DNA of 64,000 nucleotides from Octopus vulgaris (Eukaryota). Both the position numbers and the translations under genes were made by a program. The notes beneath the pieces were generated by a model. It worked only from the letters and a program-made list of their open reading frames with translations. It made no database searches and was not told the origin of the DNA. Positions 23,879-38,244 of this stretch are shown here, in pieces. The DNA is taken from contig OX597828.1 in NCBI GenBank assembly GCA_951406725.2, positions 41,850,001 to 41,914,000 of the forward strand. Reading direction: 5' to 3'. Position 1 is the stretch's first letter. Each line of letters begins with the position of its first letter.

Positions 23879-24538
23879 AAAGCCTTACTTATTCTCCGAT
23901 GACAATTTTCTCAAGGTCAGTAAAGCAGACAAGCTAACCCCATCGCAATAAGGTCGATAATTAATACTTACTGTGAGTTATCTCTCCTAACGTGAAAAAT
24001 ATCATAACTTCCATAAAAATCTATGCATTGAATAAACATATTTTAAGATATTTAATGATAACTGACGATAATTAATTAATGGTAATTACTGAGATTAATG
24101 AAATAGATTATGTTCTGATACCACCTTGGATTATTTTCAATAATTTTATAGAAGACGTTTATTGTTTGACGAAACGTGAATACATGCGTTAAATAACACA
24201 CACACGTATGTATGTATGTATGTATGTATGTATGTATGTATGTATGTATGTATGTATGTATGTATGTATGTATGTATGTATGAATGTATGTATGTATGTA
24301 TGTATGTATGTATGTATGTATGTATGTATGAATGTATGTATGTATGTATGAATGTATGTATGTATGCATGTATGTATTTATGTATGTATGTATGTATGTA
24401 TGAATGTATGCATTTATGTATGTATGTATGTATATACATGCATGTATGTATACATACATATATGTTTGTATATATGTATGTATGCATTGTATCCTATTGT
24501 ATGTCTGTCTGTATATACTATATTGTATGTATGTATAT

Positions 24539-24947
24539 AGGCGCAGGAGTGGCTGTATGGTAAGTAGCTTGCTAACCAACCACATGGTTCCGGGTTCAGT
24601 CCCACTGCGTGGCATCTTGGGCAAGTGTCTTCTGCTATATCCCCGGGCCGACCAATGCCTTGTGAGTGGATTTGGTAGATGGAAACTGAAAGAAGCCTGT
24701 CGTATATATGTATATATATATAAGTGTGTGTGTATATGTTTGTGTGTCTGTGTTTGTCCCCCTAGCATTGTTTGACAACAATGCTGGTGTGTTTACGTCC
24801 CCGTCACCAAGCGGTTCGGCAAAAGAGACCGATAGAATAAGTACTGGGCTTACAAAGAATAAGTCCCGGGGTCGATTTGCTCGACTAAAGGTGGTGCTCC
24901 AGCATGGCCGCAGTCAAATGACTGAAACAAGTAAAAGAGTAAAAGAG
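24539..24947 (+). mobile_element. Family B SINE, full length
   Basis: aggcgcaggagtggctgtatggtaag ... gaaacaagtaaaagagtaaaagag. Confidence 0.92.
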
Positions 24948-24965
24948 AGATATATATGTATGAAT

Positions 24966-25369
24966 ACTCTTTTACTATTTTACTCTTTTACTTGTTTCAG
25001 TCATTTGACCGTGGCCATGCTGGAGCACCGCCTTTTAGTCGAGCAAATCGACCCCAGGACTTATTCTTTGTAAGCTTAGTATCTATCGGTATCTTTTGCC
25101 GAACCGCTAAGTTACGGGGACGTAAACACAACAGCATCAGTTGTCAAGCAATGTTGGGGGACAAACACAGACGCACAAACATACACACACGCACATATAT
25201 ACGATGGTCTTCTTTCAGTTTCCGTCTACCAAATCCACTCACAAGTATTTGGTCGGCTCGAGGCTATATAGTAGAAGACACTTGTCCAAGGTGCCATGCA
25301 GCGGGACTGAACCTGGAACCATGTGGTTGGTAAGTAAGCTATTTACCACACACACACAGCCACGCCTAT
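24966..25369 (-). mobile_element. Family B SINE, full length, tail-to-tail with the previous copy
   Basis: actcttttac tail; head cacagccacgcctata. Confidence 0.9.
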
Positions 25370-25429
25370 ATGTTAATCCCTTTGAAATTAATACTGTTTT
25401 TGTCTAACATTGTTCCTGCACTCTTTGGT

Positions 25430-25590
25430 ATCAGTGATGTCGCAACTCATTTCTACAGATGAGTTAACTGAAGCAACGTGAAATAAAGTGTCTTGCTCAA
25501 GAACACAACACACTGCCTGGTTCGGGAATCGAACTCACAACCTCACGATCATAAGCTCTACGGCCTAACCCTTCAGCCATGGGCCTTCAC
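25430..25590 (-). mobile_element. Family D SINE 5' part
   Basis: gtgaaataaagtgtcttgctcaagaacacaac ... gaatcgaactcacaacc ... agccatgggccttc; matches 53711 onward in reverse. Confidence 0.7.
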
Positions 25591-25790
25591 AACTTTTATT
25601 ATATATAAATATTTATTAAGTAATTTTTTTATTGAACAGAAATTTATTGCATTATTTCAAGAAATGAAAGATAAACTAATGAAAAAAATTGCAGAATTTT
25701 TAGCAAATAAAAAAGAAACTCAATTAGAATCTAGAAAAACTCAAATACAAAAGTGTGTTACTTCTGCCGCACCCAGTATATATAAAAACA

Positions 25791-26176
25791 GTGGAGGCGC
25801 AATGGTCCAGTGGTTAGGGCAGCGGACTCGCGGTCATAGGATCGCGGTTTCGATTCCCAGACCAGGCGTTGTGAGTGTTTATTGAGCGAAAACACCTAAA
25901 GCTCCACGAGGCTCCGGCAGGGGATGGTGGTGATCCCTGCTGTACTCTTTCACCACAACTTTCTCTCACTCTTACTTCCTGTTTCTGTTGTACCTGTATT
26001 TCAAAGGGCCGGCCTTGTCACTCTCTGTGTCACGCTGAATATCCCCGAAAACTACGTTAAGGGTACACGTGTCTGTGGAGTGCTCTGCCACTTACACGTT
26101 AATTTCACGAGCAGGCTGTTCCGTTGATTCGGATCAACCGGAACCCTCGTCGTCGTAACCGACGGAGTGCTTCCAA
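25791..26176 (+). mobile_element. tRNA-derived SINE family C
   Basis: Head gtggaggcgcaatggtccagtggttagggcagcggactcgcggtc...ggtttcgattccc; paralogue at 61273-61636. Confidence 0.85.
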
Positions 26177-26399
26177 TCAATATAAAAAAACAAACTATGA
26201 AGCGCACTTCTCCAATTCTGGGTTCATTAATGGCTTCCACACTCCACTCTAGCATCCAGTGTAGTAGGACGCGGCACATCAACTTCGAAAGAGGCTAGCA
26301 TGAGGAATAAGAGCAATATAACTATTGTTATGTAATTATTACGGCATTTTGATGTAACACGTGTATGTTCCATTAAGTATTAAATTCCATAATGATAAT

Positions 26400-27052
<653 letters not shown>

Positions 27053-27096
27053 GGATATATATATATATATATATATGGGATCTTTCCTTCTCCTAT

Positions 27097-27131
27097 GTTT
27101 CCGGCGAAGAGCTCCGCTCGAAACGTTAAAC
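27097..27131 (+). ncRNA. Minimal hammerhead motif, CCGACGA (U4C) family, mutated core, in a (TA)n-embedded remnant (27077-27240)
   Basis: guuu-CCGGCGA-A-GAGC-ucc-GCUC-GAAA-CG-UU-aaac. Confidence 0.6.
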
Positions 27132-27236
27132 CCTCCTTCTTCCCTTCTTTCCTGAGCGTCCAATAATACTTTATTTGTTCCACGTCCTCGCGTTGCTGTG
27201 TTTTTTGTTTCTTTGTGTTTTCTTGTTTGGATTAAC

Positions 27237-27273
<37 letters not shown>

Positions 27274-27376
27274 ATGTGTGTATGTATATGTATGTGTGTG
27301 TATGTATATATGTATGTGTGTGTGTGCATGTGTGTATATGTATATGTATGTGTATGTATGTGTATGTATATGTATA

Positions 27377-27433
<57 letters not shown>

Positions 27434-27458
27434 ATGTGTATGTGTGTGTATGTATATG

Positions 27459-27543
<85 letters not shown>

Positions 27544-27696
27544 GTATATATATATGTGTGTGTGTATATGTATGTATGTATATATGTGTGTGTATGTGTG
27601 TGTGTATACGTACATATACGTGTACGCTCGTGTGTTTATGTATATGTAGGTACGTAGAGTTATGTATGTGTGTATGTATATGTACATATGTGTAGG

Positions 27697-27745
<49 letters not shown>

Positions 27746-28160
27746 AAGTTTATATGTATGTATCCGTCTGTATAATAGGTAACTGCACGTATATATACTT
27801 AATATTTATTATTTATTTTTTGTGTATGCATGTATGTATATGAATAACTGCACGTAGATATATTTTATTATTATTTATTTTTTGAGTATGCATGTAAGTA
27901 TGAACATAAGGAGGCGCGTGTGTGTGTGTGTGTATGTGTATATATGTATGTATGTATGGGTGAATGTATGTATGTATATATACGTATATATATGTATATA
28001 TACATATATATGTATACATGTGTATATATATATGTGTATGTGTATGTATATGTATGTGTATGCATGCGCGTATATGTATGTATATGTATACGTGTGGGTG
28101 TGTGTATGTGTATATATGTATGTATGTATGGGTGAATGTATGTATGTATATATATGTATA

Positions 28161-28210
<50 letters not shown>

Positions 28211-28808
28211 TGTATTTGTATGTAGGTGTATATGTATGTGTGTATATATATTTATTGGTGTATATGTATAGACTAGTCTTCTAAGCTTGTAGACATGAAT
28301 CTGTAGGTACGCGTACGTATGTGTATATATGTGAATGTATGTAGATGTATGTATGTATGAATATAACGCGTGCGTGCGTGTATGTGTATGATTGTACGAA
28401 TGAGTGAGTGTGCGTGCTAATGAGTGTGCGTGCGTGAGTGAGTGCTTGTGTTCAAGTAGAAAGATAAATGGACTTGCTGTGGTAGCCAAGACGCCTGTGA
28501 CCAGCAGTCAAAGATAACAAAAGTAATAAATGAAGATAATAAAATTAAAATTAGGGAATGGGTCTGTATTTGTATGTATATATATATATATATGTGTGTA
28601 TGTGTAGGTATGTATAGGTACACATATGTATATATATATATATATATGTATATATATGTATGTGTATGTGTATGTGTATATATGTGTATATAGGGACTTG
28701 TGTGTTGTGTGTACAAGTGTGTATGTGGATATGTGTGTGTATGTGTGTATGTGTATGTGTGTGTATGTATGTATGTATATGTATGTGTGGTCCTGTGTGT
28801 ATATATAC

Positions 28809-28862
<54 letters not shown>

Positions 28863-29181
28863 AGATATGTGTATGTATATGTATGTGTATATATATATAT
28901 GTGTGTGTGTGTATGTATGTGTGTATGTATATGTGTGTGTGTATATATATGTATACATATGTGTATAGGTATAAGTGAGAATCTCCTTATTTACCTAAAA
29001 CTCTATTCTTCTATATATTTTTTTACTCTTTTATTTATTCTTTTATCTAATTTACCACTGACTCCTTGACCACTCCCCCAAGTAAGATATTTTTGCGCTA
29101 TGCCTACCCCCAAAAAGTCCCCCACCACCACCCCTTTAAACCTGCCTAAATGTATAAATGCCAATACAATTCTTGTTAACT

Positions 29182-29232
29182 AGCTTCCTGAAGATTTCTC
29201 TTGAATGAAACAGTTCTAGTCCTGTAGAAGCT
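29182..29232 (+). ncRNA. Type I hammerhead ribozyme
   Basis: agcuuc-CUGAAGA(29188-29194)-uuuc-ucuu-gaau-GAA-ACAG-(8 nt)-CUGU-A(29226)-gaagcu. Stem I is 6 bp and stem III is 4 bp; AATAAA at 29243 is followed by (TA)n. Confidence 0.78.
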
Positions 29233-29250
29233 CCTTCTATATAATAAATT

Positions 29251-29358
<108 letters not shown>

Positions 29359-29695
29359 CGTATGTTAGTGATCCGTATCTGTATGCATACTTAAATGCTG
29401 TTGAAAGATTTCAAAACTGCAGTATTCGTCTCGAGAAAAACAATTTATTATTAAGACAAAAATAGAAAAATATCAGGAATGAGCGAAAATCACCCAGCAG
29501 CGACGGTGGTATTGCTAGGGCTATATTTCTGGGTTTTTTTTTTTTTTTGCTTTTTTTCTTTTAAGCTTCAACAGTATTAGATATTCTCTCACTGCATATC
29601 AAGTGAGCATCGGCTGAAAGCTGATATGTTTGAATGGTACTTGAAAAGTGATTGATACCGCATTCAGCCAGCACGCACACACACACACACATATA

Positions 29696-29726
<31 letters not shown>

Positions 29727-29727
<1 letters not shown>

Positions 29728-30005
29728 GGTATGTAGAAAAATACAACATGGACAAGAACGTATAACTCTTAGAAGACGACACAATAAACACGGACAGGAC
29801 ATCGAAACCCTCAGTCTTCAGTCAAGAACCGGATCATCGTAGTAATGATTAATCTTGAGATTACTAGATCACGGCCAGCCCTATTAGAAAAACTAAGCTG
29901 GAAGCGTAGATTTCCTGGAAGAAGGATCGAATGCATACGAACACCAGGACAGCAAAAGGGACAGATATAAAAAAACAAAAAACAATAATATACAGAAACA
30001 TGAAA
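29727..30005 (-). mobile_element. Solo partial copy of the 844-bp repeat family; ribozyme GAA segment deleted
   Basis: Matches 4452-4765 but lacks ttcggct at about 29846; flanked by (TA)n. Confidence 0.88.
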
Positions 30006-30114
30006 TATATATATATATGCATATATATGTATATATATAAGGATATGTATATATATATATACTTATATATATATTTATATATACATAAAAGTAGTAGTAG
30101 TTGTTGTAGTAGTA

Positions 30115-30156
<42 letters not shown>

Positions 30157-30249
30157 GGGAGTATAACTCCAAACTTACATGGAAAAATTCAATTTAATAT
30201 TAAATCAAATTTCACAATATAAATATATATATATACATATGTATAGATA

Positions 30250-30488
30250 AATTAGAGAAAAACCACTATTATGCAATTCAAACAATGATAGCCGTAAATC
30301 ATACCATATAGAAAAAATAAAATATATGATAAATCATTTACCTAGGTAGTCTATTTATAAATTATATGGTGTTTATTATTATGTACTTTATTGTGATCTA
30401 GGTAAATGTTTTATCATATATTTTATTTTTTCTATATGGTATGATTTACGTCTAGCATTGTTTGAATTACATAATAATGGTTTTTCTC

Positions 30489-30493
<5 letters not shown>
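30250..30493. repeat. Inverted repeat with about 95-bp arms
   Basis: aattagagaaaaacca...tttacctag (30250-30345) versus ctaggtaaa...tggtttttctctaatt (30398-30493). Confidence 0.85.
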
Positions 30494-30529
<36 letters not shown>

Positions 30530-30703
30530 GGTTTGAAAGAGCCTTATTGTGTTAAGTACTGGTTATCACAAAACTATTAAAAAACAGAAGTGCATTCTTT
30601 GATAGTAATAAGAAAATTTGAAAAACAGTTACAAGAAAGTATTTAAGAAATTAATCAGAACGAGATTCCATAATGTGGAGTTCAATAAAAATCATGTTCG
30701 GCA

Positions 30704-30768
<65 letters not shown>

Positions 30769-30847
30769 GAAGGAGATACATTTCATAATTTACAAATAAT
30801 TGTAGAGGAATAACTGATCTTTCTGGCATTTTCTCTATATGTATAGC

Positions 30848-30913
<66 letters not shown>

Positions 30914-31011
30914 TAATCCAAACAAGAAAGCACAAAAAAAGACACAACAACGCGAGGACGTGGAACAAATATAGTATTATTGGACGCTCAGGAAAGAAGG
31001 AAAGAAGGAGG

Positions 31012-31046
31012 GTTTAACGTTTCGAGCGGAGCTCTTCGTCGGAAAC
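31012..31046 (-). ncRNA. Minimal hammerhead motif, CCGACGA family, in a remnant at 30910-31078
   Basis: Minus strand: guuu-CCGACGA-A-GAGC-ucc-GCUC-GAAA-CG-UU-aaac. Confidence 0.7.
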
Positions 31047-31088
31047 ATAGGAGAAGAAAAGATCCAGAGAAGGGAAGATAGATACACG

Positions 31089-31159
<71 letters not shown>

Positions 31160-31882
31160 AGCTTCGAATGACCAGTCCTTGTGTTTTTGTATCGTCTATC
31201 TGGGTGTTTTGCGTTCTTGTCCCATTTTGTATTTTATATATATAATACATACATACATACATACATATACATATATATATATATATATATATGAATATAC
31301 GCACACATGCATATATATGTGTGTGTGTGACTAAAATTTGGGTAATTGTCTTCTAGTATGCGATACAAATCTCGTCCATAGGTACTATCAACTGAGTGTC
31401 ATCTACACTGGGAATATGCTTGTCACTTGATATACATCTAGACAAGATGTACGACATAGCTGACAGCAGATCAAATAAAAATGAACCAGGATGGAACACT
31501 ATTATCCCTGATCAAGGCGCTAGGCCTGTTTATTATTAACTTCATTACAACAGGGTAACAAGATGTAAAAAAAGTAAACAAGCAAACTATCACCCTCGAA
31601 CAAGTCACCACAGTTACAACTAAACACAGATACATGTAGATATTCAGCAAGTCTTTTCAGCGGACAGACAAATTGATTAGCTTCATAAATACAACAGTGA
31701 ATGGAAACACAAATTTTATTATTCAAATTTACCCCAACCGAAACACAACAGCTTGCTTTTTTTCATCATTTAAGAATCAATATACCTCATGTTCTCTGAA
31801 GAGATTTGTGAGGGCGAAACTAACAGAGACGGAATATTCCGCTATTAATAAGTCAGGAACACACAAGAACGCACGCATACGA

Positions 31883-31978
<96 letters not shown>

Positions 31979-32011
31979 GTATGTATATATATATGTATAT
32001 ATACATATATA

Positions 32012-32550
32012 CAAGGTGTCCCAACAGTCACCGGGTTTTAACTTATAATAACTTCCTTAACTTTACAAAGAAATGCATGAAATTTTGATACAATATGAAA
32101 GACATAATGGAAATTAATATGCACAAGCCAAAGTTTGCAACACAACTAAATCACATATGAAAAACGACATCGTTTAAATGGCAGCCATTTCCGGCTTCGC
32201 ACGTCCATGTTCTTTCTAAAGATTGCACTATAACACTCTCAAGAGTTTCAGACACAACTTCTCTGATTACTCTATTGATGTTCTCCTTCAGTTGCACTAG
32301 GGTCTTCGGATCGAGACCTTTTTGTGCCCGACCATTCAAAGTAGACCTCACACTTCCAGCAATATGAGGCAACTGCTCATACCGCAACAGACACATTGTA
32401 GTTGCTACGGTAGTGCTTGAGAGAGAGGAAAAATCTCCCGCTACGGCAATGTCAACTGGCCTTCAAATTCTCCAGACTTGACTAGCTCAAATTTTTTTCT
32501 TGTGGGGATACCTGAAAGAGAGGGTTTACGTTAACAAACCTCAGAACTGC
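32012..32550. mobile_element. Rearranged Tc1/mariner-superfamily remnant (WPxxSPDL type)
   Basis: TA-caaggtgtccc end; minus-strand C-terminus PKTLVQLKENI...GCHLNDVVFHM; plus-strand piece 32445-32548 NWPSNSPDLT..FFLWGYLKERVYVNKP (one frameshift). Confidence 0.75.
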
Positions 32551-32815
32551 CAAGTTACGGAGGCATAAACACACCAGCACTGGTTGTCAAGTGGTGATGG
32601 TGGGGGGACGACGAACACAGACACAAAGACACACATCCATATACACACATACACATACACGACGGGCTTCTTTCAGTTTTCATCTATCAAATCCATTCAC
32701 AAGGCTTTGGTCAGCCTGAAGCTACAGTAGAAGACACCTGCCCAAGGTCCCACGCAGTGGGACTGAACCCAGAACCATGTGGTTGGGAAGCAAGCTTCTT
32801 ACCACACAAGCCAAA
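32546..32815 (-). mobile_element. Family B SINE, 3'-truncated
   Basis: gacgggcttctttcagttt ... cccagaaccatgtggttgggaagcaagcttcttaccacac. Confidence 0.85.
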
Positions 32816-32991
32816 TGATCATTAGAAGTTTTAAAAGGATTCAAGGACTGAGGGTTTTGTACTTGTTTCATCGGTGGCGTGCACGAAACTCACGGCCATT
32901 CAGTCACTTTGTAACTTCTTCAACCGGTTATATATACATACATACGCTGTATTGCATCTGTTATTTTATTTCTGATCTTCTGTATAAATGA

Positions 32992-33272
32992 GTAGAGGCA
33001 CATGGCCTAGTGGCTAGAGCAGCGGGCTCGCGGTCGAGGGATCGCGGGTTCGAATCTCAGACCGGGCGATGTCTGTGTTTATGAGGGAAACATCTAAGCT
33101 CCACGCGGCTCCGGCAGAAGGTAATGGCGAACTTCTGCTGACTCTTTTGCCACAACTTTCTCTGACTCTTTCCTCCTGAATCTTGCAGCTCACCTGCGGC
33201 GGACCGGCGTCCCGTCCAGGTGGGGAACCTATACGCCAAGGAAACCGGGAAGCATGGCTCGAGAAGAAACAA
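32992..33272 (+). mobile_element. tRNA-derived SINE family C (short subfamily)
   Basis: tggcctagtggctagagc A-box and gggttcgaatctc B-box; paralogue at 56487-56780. Confidence 0.85.
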
Positions 33273-33529
33273 ATAACAACTATATAAATGAAGACATATT
33301 CTTTAATTAGCTGCTTTTCTTTACACGAAATAAGAAGATACATTGCAGAATTGTTATTTTAACGAGTTATACCTATTTATCACATGAAGAGACACATTTG
33401 CACCGCCGGATGCTCCTGAACCAGTTGTTAAGTATCCCATCAATGAGGGATCAATGCTAGATGTGTCGAAACAATTGTCGTGATTAATAAAAATTCTCGT
33501 ATCTTGCATCTTCCATCTTTCATTTTCCA

Positions 33530-33611
<82 letters not shown>

Positions 33612-33653
33612 ACTATCTATCTATCTATCTATCTATCTATCTCTATCTATCTA

Positions 33654-33692
<39 letters not shown>

Positions 33693-34298
33693 TTCAATAG
33701 ACATGCAAATATGTATTTACGTATTAGACGCAGGTCATTCAGGGTCCTCTCTACAAACAGTCAAGGTGAATTCTGAAAAGCCTTAACTTACAATCTATAG
33801 ACTGTGAAAATTGATACATTATGGAGACACGACCAGGTAAACAATTCCCAACTTTTGTGTTTCAAGCCTACAAATTGTATTTTCAGCCTAATATTTACTC
33901 AACAGAAGAAGGAAAATAAGCGGGTGATCACACGTAGATAAATATATATAAGAAATATATCTACACTCCCATACATACATATATACATACACACATTAAC
34001 ACAGACCCTATACACATACAAATACACACAAACACATACATACACACATACACATATATATATATGTATATGTGTGTACACAGGTATGTAGGGATAGATA
34101 TTTTTTCCTCTAAGAGAGATAAGTTGGTGACTATCCTAGAAATACTTACCGCATTTTAGAGACAGCTCCGGGTCATGATATTGAATAACAATGAGAACAT
34201 TTGTAGTACTGTTTCTCCTTCTTCCTTTTTTTCGTCTACCACCACCACCACCACCACCAATACCGCCGCCACAGCCACCGCCACCGTCCACCGTCGCT

Positions 34299-34368
<70 letters not shown>

Positions 34369-34369
34369 T

Positions 34370-34422
<53 letters not shown>

Positions 34423-34578
34423 TTGTGTTGCTACGGCTATGCTCGCTTTACAAAAAAAGCATCTTAACTGTTCTATTACAATAATACGGAACATACATAT
34501 ATGTACGTGTATGTTTGCGTATATACATACATACATTTATACACACATGGATATATACACACATATATTTAAAGAAAA

Positions 34579-34610
<32 letters not shown>

Positions 34611-34705
34611 AGATAATGTATATATGTATGTGCGTACACACACACACAAGAATATTTACATTTTCCCAGTCAATATGTACAGCTATACGATGTGAACATG
34701 AAAGC

Positions 34706-34774
<69 letters not shown>

Positions 34775-34849
34775 TATATACATATATATTAAGAATCGAA
34801 ACCGCGTTTCTTATGTTTATGTTAATACAGCGGTAAAATTAGTATTAAT

Positions 34850-35075
34850 ACTATGCCACCACAAGGCCTCCCTCAATTCTCGGCAATAATTCTATTTGAT
34901 TTTGGCCCCTCAATATTATCCCGGTTAGTTTGAAGACATCCAGATGTCTTTCTCTTATCTCTTGGATGACAAAGTTAATATACATCACGTGGTTCAACAC
35001 CATCAGCTGGTCTTTGGTTACCTCAAGTAGAATCTGTTCTTCTGGAAGTGCCTGGTATCTAGTTTTAGAATTATT
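34850..35075 (-). pseudogene. Degenerate R4/Dong-like RT fragment
   Basis: LPEEQ...TKDQLMV resembles LPEEQKGC..GTKDQLLID. Confidence 0.45.
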
Positions 35076-35171
35076 TCCTCCTTTTCCTCCTCCTCCTCTT
35101 CTTCTTCTTCTTCTTCTTCTTGTCTCTAAATCTCTGATAAAGGTCATGATCGCTACTGATCCTATTTTTTT

Positions 35172-35580
35172 GTTTATTTCCCACAAGGGGCTAAACATAG
35201 AGGGGACAAACAAGGGCAGACAAATGGATTAAGTCGATTACATCGGCCCTAGTGCGTAAATGGTACTTAATTTATCGACACCGAAAAGATGAAAGACAAA
35301 GTCGACCTCGGCGGAATTTGAACTCACAACGTAATGGCAGACGAAATACCTATTTCTTTACTGCCCACAAGGGGCTAAACACAGAGAGGACAAACAAGGA
35401 CAGACAAACGGATTAAGTCGATTATATCGACCCCAGTGCGTAACTGGTACTTAATTTATCGACCCCGAAAGGATGAAAGGCAAAGTCGACCTCGGCGGAA
35501 TTTGAGCTCAGAACGTAACGGCAGACGAAATACGGCTACGCATTTCTCTCGGCGTGCTAACGTTTCTGCCGGATCGCTAC
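35172..35580 (-). mobile_element. Family A SINE dimer
   Basis: Two cores with junction gaaatacctatttc at 35343. Confidence 0.9.
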
Positions 35581-36852
35581 TCATTCTGCTCTGGCTAAAT
35601 CTGAATGAGTAATTATGATTTCAGTTTCTTATTTTAATTAAGTGAACCCTTCTCTCCTCCTGAATAGAACTCTTGTGTAAATCAGACACATTGAAAATTC
35701 CTTCGAATGACTCTGCATTTGAGACTAGACAGTGTCCAATAAGCGTGCAAGTGAACGTGAGAACGTCTACACAAGAAGGGTGTGTATTCTGTCTCAGCAT
35801 GAATAAGAGCATTTCGTTCTCTCCCGACATGTTGTTCTGTTCCGGCGGATGTTAGGACCTGTCATTCGGTCCCAGCAAAAGTAGCGACGGTGGCGCTCTT
35901 TTCCAGAACTACGATCTTATTGCTCTGTTCCAGCTCATCTAGGGATATGTTGTACTAGTCCAGAATAATTAGAGACGTGTTATTCCGTTCTGGCACATGC
36001 AGAGCTGTTGTTTTAATCCTGGCACATGTAAGGACGCCTTGTTCTATTTCTGCCCAAGTGTTGTTCTGCTCAGCACTAGTAGTGGGATTGTTGTTCTGCC
36101 CCGGCACTATTAACTTTTCCCAGGAGGCTCTCTCGTTGCTACATGTAAACCTCCCTTGTTCATTTATATACATAGTGAGGGTAATATCTAAGCTACGGAC
36201 ACAACGCGGTGCTGGTGGTACAGTACAACTCTTTGACTCTTCAGATGGTCGTCTATTACCCACTTCATTTGGTCATGTATATTCTAAGAAAATTTTGCCA
36301 TAATGCTCAATGTTTCGGCGTCTTCTGGTTTAACACGACCACACATTTCTTGGGTGCCTTTAACAATCGGGCCAGATTTCCGGTCGAGTGTGTTTTCCCG
36401 TATTTCTCCCACTAACAATGGAAACCTTGAAAATAAAACAGTAAAATAAAATGTAAAAAGAAAAACCAGCCCAGCCGTTTCACTGAAAGTTGTTTGTGTT
36501 TTGATCGCGACTTCCAAGTAAAGCCATGTAAAGCAATGTTGTATTCTGACATTAGCAAAGCCTTCAAATACCCTGACAGTAACATCAGCCTATGAGTCCT
36601 GTCTCACATTCTCTTATTTCTTGCATCGGAAGTTTCCCGTCACATTGCATCCTTTCAAGAAGACAAATCTTCTTCGGCAGCAGCTGTTCTATCAGTCTCC
36701 GTTGTACTCGTAGCTTCGATAACGTCTTTTCTACATTAATTAACAACTTGTTATCACATCTAACAACAAATGACGAAACGTACTTCTCTTCACAGGTTTT
36801 CACACCCTGTTTGGCTTCATATATTTGCCGATATATCATACAGCAAAAAATA

Positions 36853-37052
36853 AGGCGGCGAGCAAATTCGGCAAAGCGCTAAGCGGCATTTCGTCCGTCT
36901 TCATGTTCTAAGCTCAAATCCCGCCGAGGCCGACTTTGCCTTTCATCCTTTTCAAGGGCCACTAAAATATGTACTAGTTGAAAACTGGGGTCGCTGTAAT
37001 CGACAAGGTCTCTCTCACCCAGAATTTCAGGCCTTGTGCTTTTAGTAGAAAT
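36853..37052 (+). mobile_element. Family A SINE, second tail type, degenerate
   Basis: aggcggcgag head; cgactttgcctttcatcc; gccttgtgcttttagtagaaa tail. Confidence 0.75.
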
Positions 37053-37223
37053 GAATATATCTACACTACAGGAAATATCTACACTACAATGCTGAGAGGA
37101 TTTAGGCGCTTTCATAAAAAAAATCAAGGGTTGCTTCGTGCACATTTTTACCAATTGTCGTTTATTATAAGAGCCACTTGCAGACAACTACAGTTTATAG
37201 TACGGCAGAATGACAACGTATCT

Positions 37224-37545
37224 TTAACCTTAGTCTTCGGAAATACTCCATCTTCAGTTGCTCTTTCATTTCCTTCTCCATTATCTCGTTTAACTCTTGT
37301 ACACTGAGGTATTTGTAGCGTTCCATTTCAATTTGCTTAATCAAGTCTTCATTCGGTAGTTCTGTCCTGTCAAGGACTGTAACTTGTCTCTTTTTAGGTA
37401 GATTATTCCGCACTTCTTGAGTCCAAATTCCATTCTAATATCAGTACTAAAACAGAAGACCGTGTTCACCAAGGAACCCACTTGTCTCATCTTTGCCATA
37501 CAGTTTCAAATCATCCATGAAGAGGAGGTGGTTAATCGTTTGGCT
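37224..37545 (-). pseudogene. R4/Dong-clade reverse transcriptase fragment
   Basis: INHLLFMDDLKLYGKDE, DIRMEFGLKKC and RYKYLSVQE...MEYFRRLR, with frameshifts. Confidence 0.8.
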
Positions 37546-37639
37546 AAAGAGAAAAGTTGATGTCGATACATCATGCTATACACTGCACATTATTATCTTC
37601 AAGTAAACTAAACATCTTACCATCACCAGACATATTGCG

Positions 37640-37840
37640 GTTTCAAATTTTGGCACAAACCCGGCAAGATCGAGGGACGGGTTAAGTTGATTACATCGAC
37701 CCCAGTATTCTACTGGTACTTATTTTATCGACCTCGAAAGGACGAAAAGCAGAGTGAACCTCGGTGGTATTTGAACTCAACACGTAGAGACGGACGAAAT
37801 GCCGCTAAGCATTATGTCCTGTGTGCTAACGATTCTGACA
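37640..37840 (-). mobile_element. Family A SINE, degenerate
   Basis: atcgaccccagt...ctggtacttattttatcgac...tttgaactc...gtgctaacgattctg. Confidence 0.75.
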
Positions 37841-38203
37841 TATATTGAATCTACGAACGGAAACCTTCAGGAGAGTCTTCAAACAGGAAGGAACATGGCA
37901 ACCATGTGTTATTCAACGTCACAAAGATTCAGTTAACTATATATATCTAACAAACATCCTTTGTACTTGTACTTTCTAAACATACAAAGTGAAAACTGGA
38001 TTCAACTGTGTTCATGTGTTTATTTACAAGCGAAGTAACATCGTCAATAAAAATGTGAAATTGGTTCTCACCCTGTTCTGGGATAGAAACCGTGTTGCAA
38101 GTTCTGCTCCAAGGATGCTTGCCCCACGCTCTACTACTCTTTTATATCTTTTTTTCTTTTTACTTATTTGCAAATCCTCTGTCTCTGTCTTCCTTTTCTC
38201 TCG

Positions 38204-38244
<41 letters not shown>

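Noticed and set aside
25791-25865. tRNA-like sequences at SINE heads (also 32992, 53711, 56066, 56487, 61273)
   Set aside because: A and B boxes are present but no complete cloverleaf is evident, and each continues into a shared SINE body.
35590-36840. Non-repetitive stretch with several short ORFs
   Set aside because: Probably decayed LINE sequence near the R4 fragments, but no diagnostic motif could be read with confidence.
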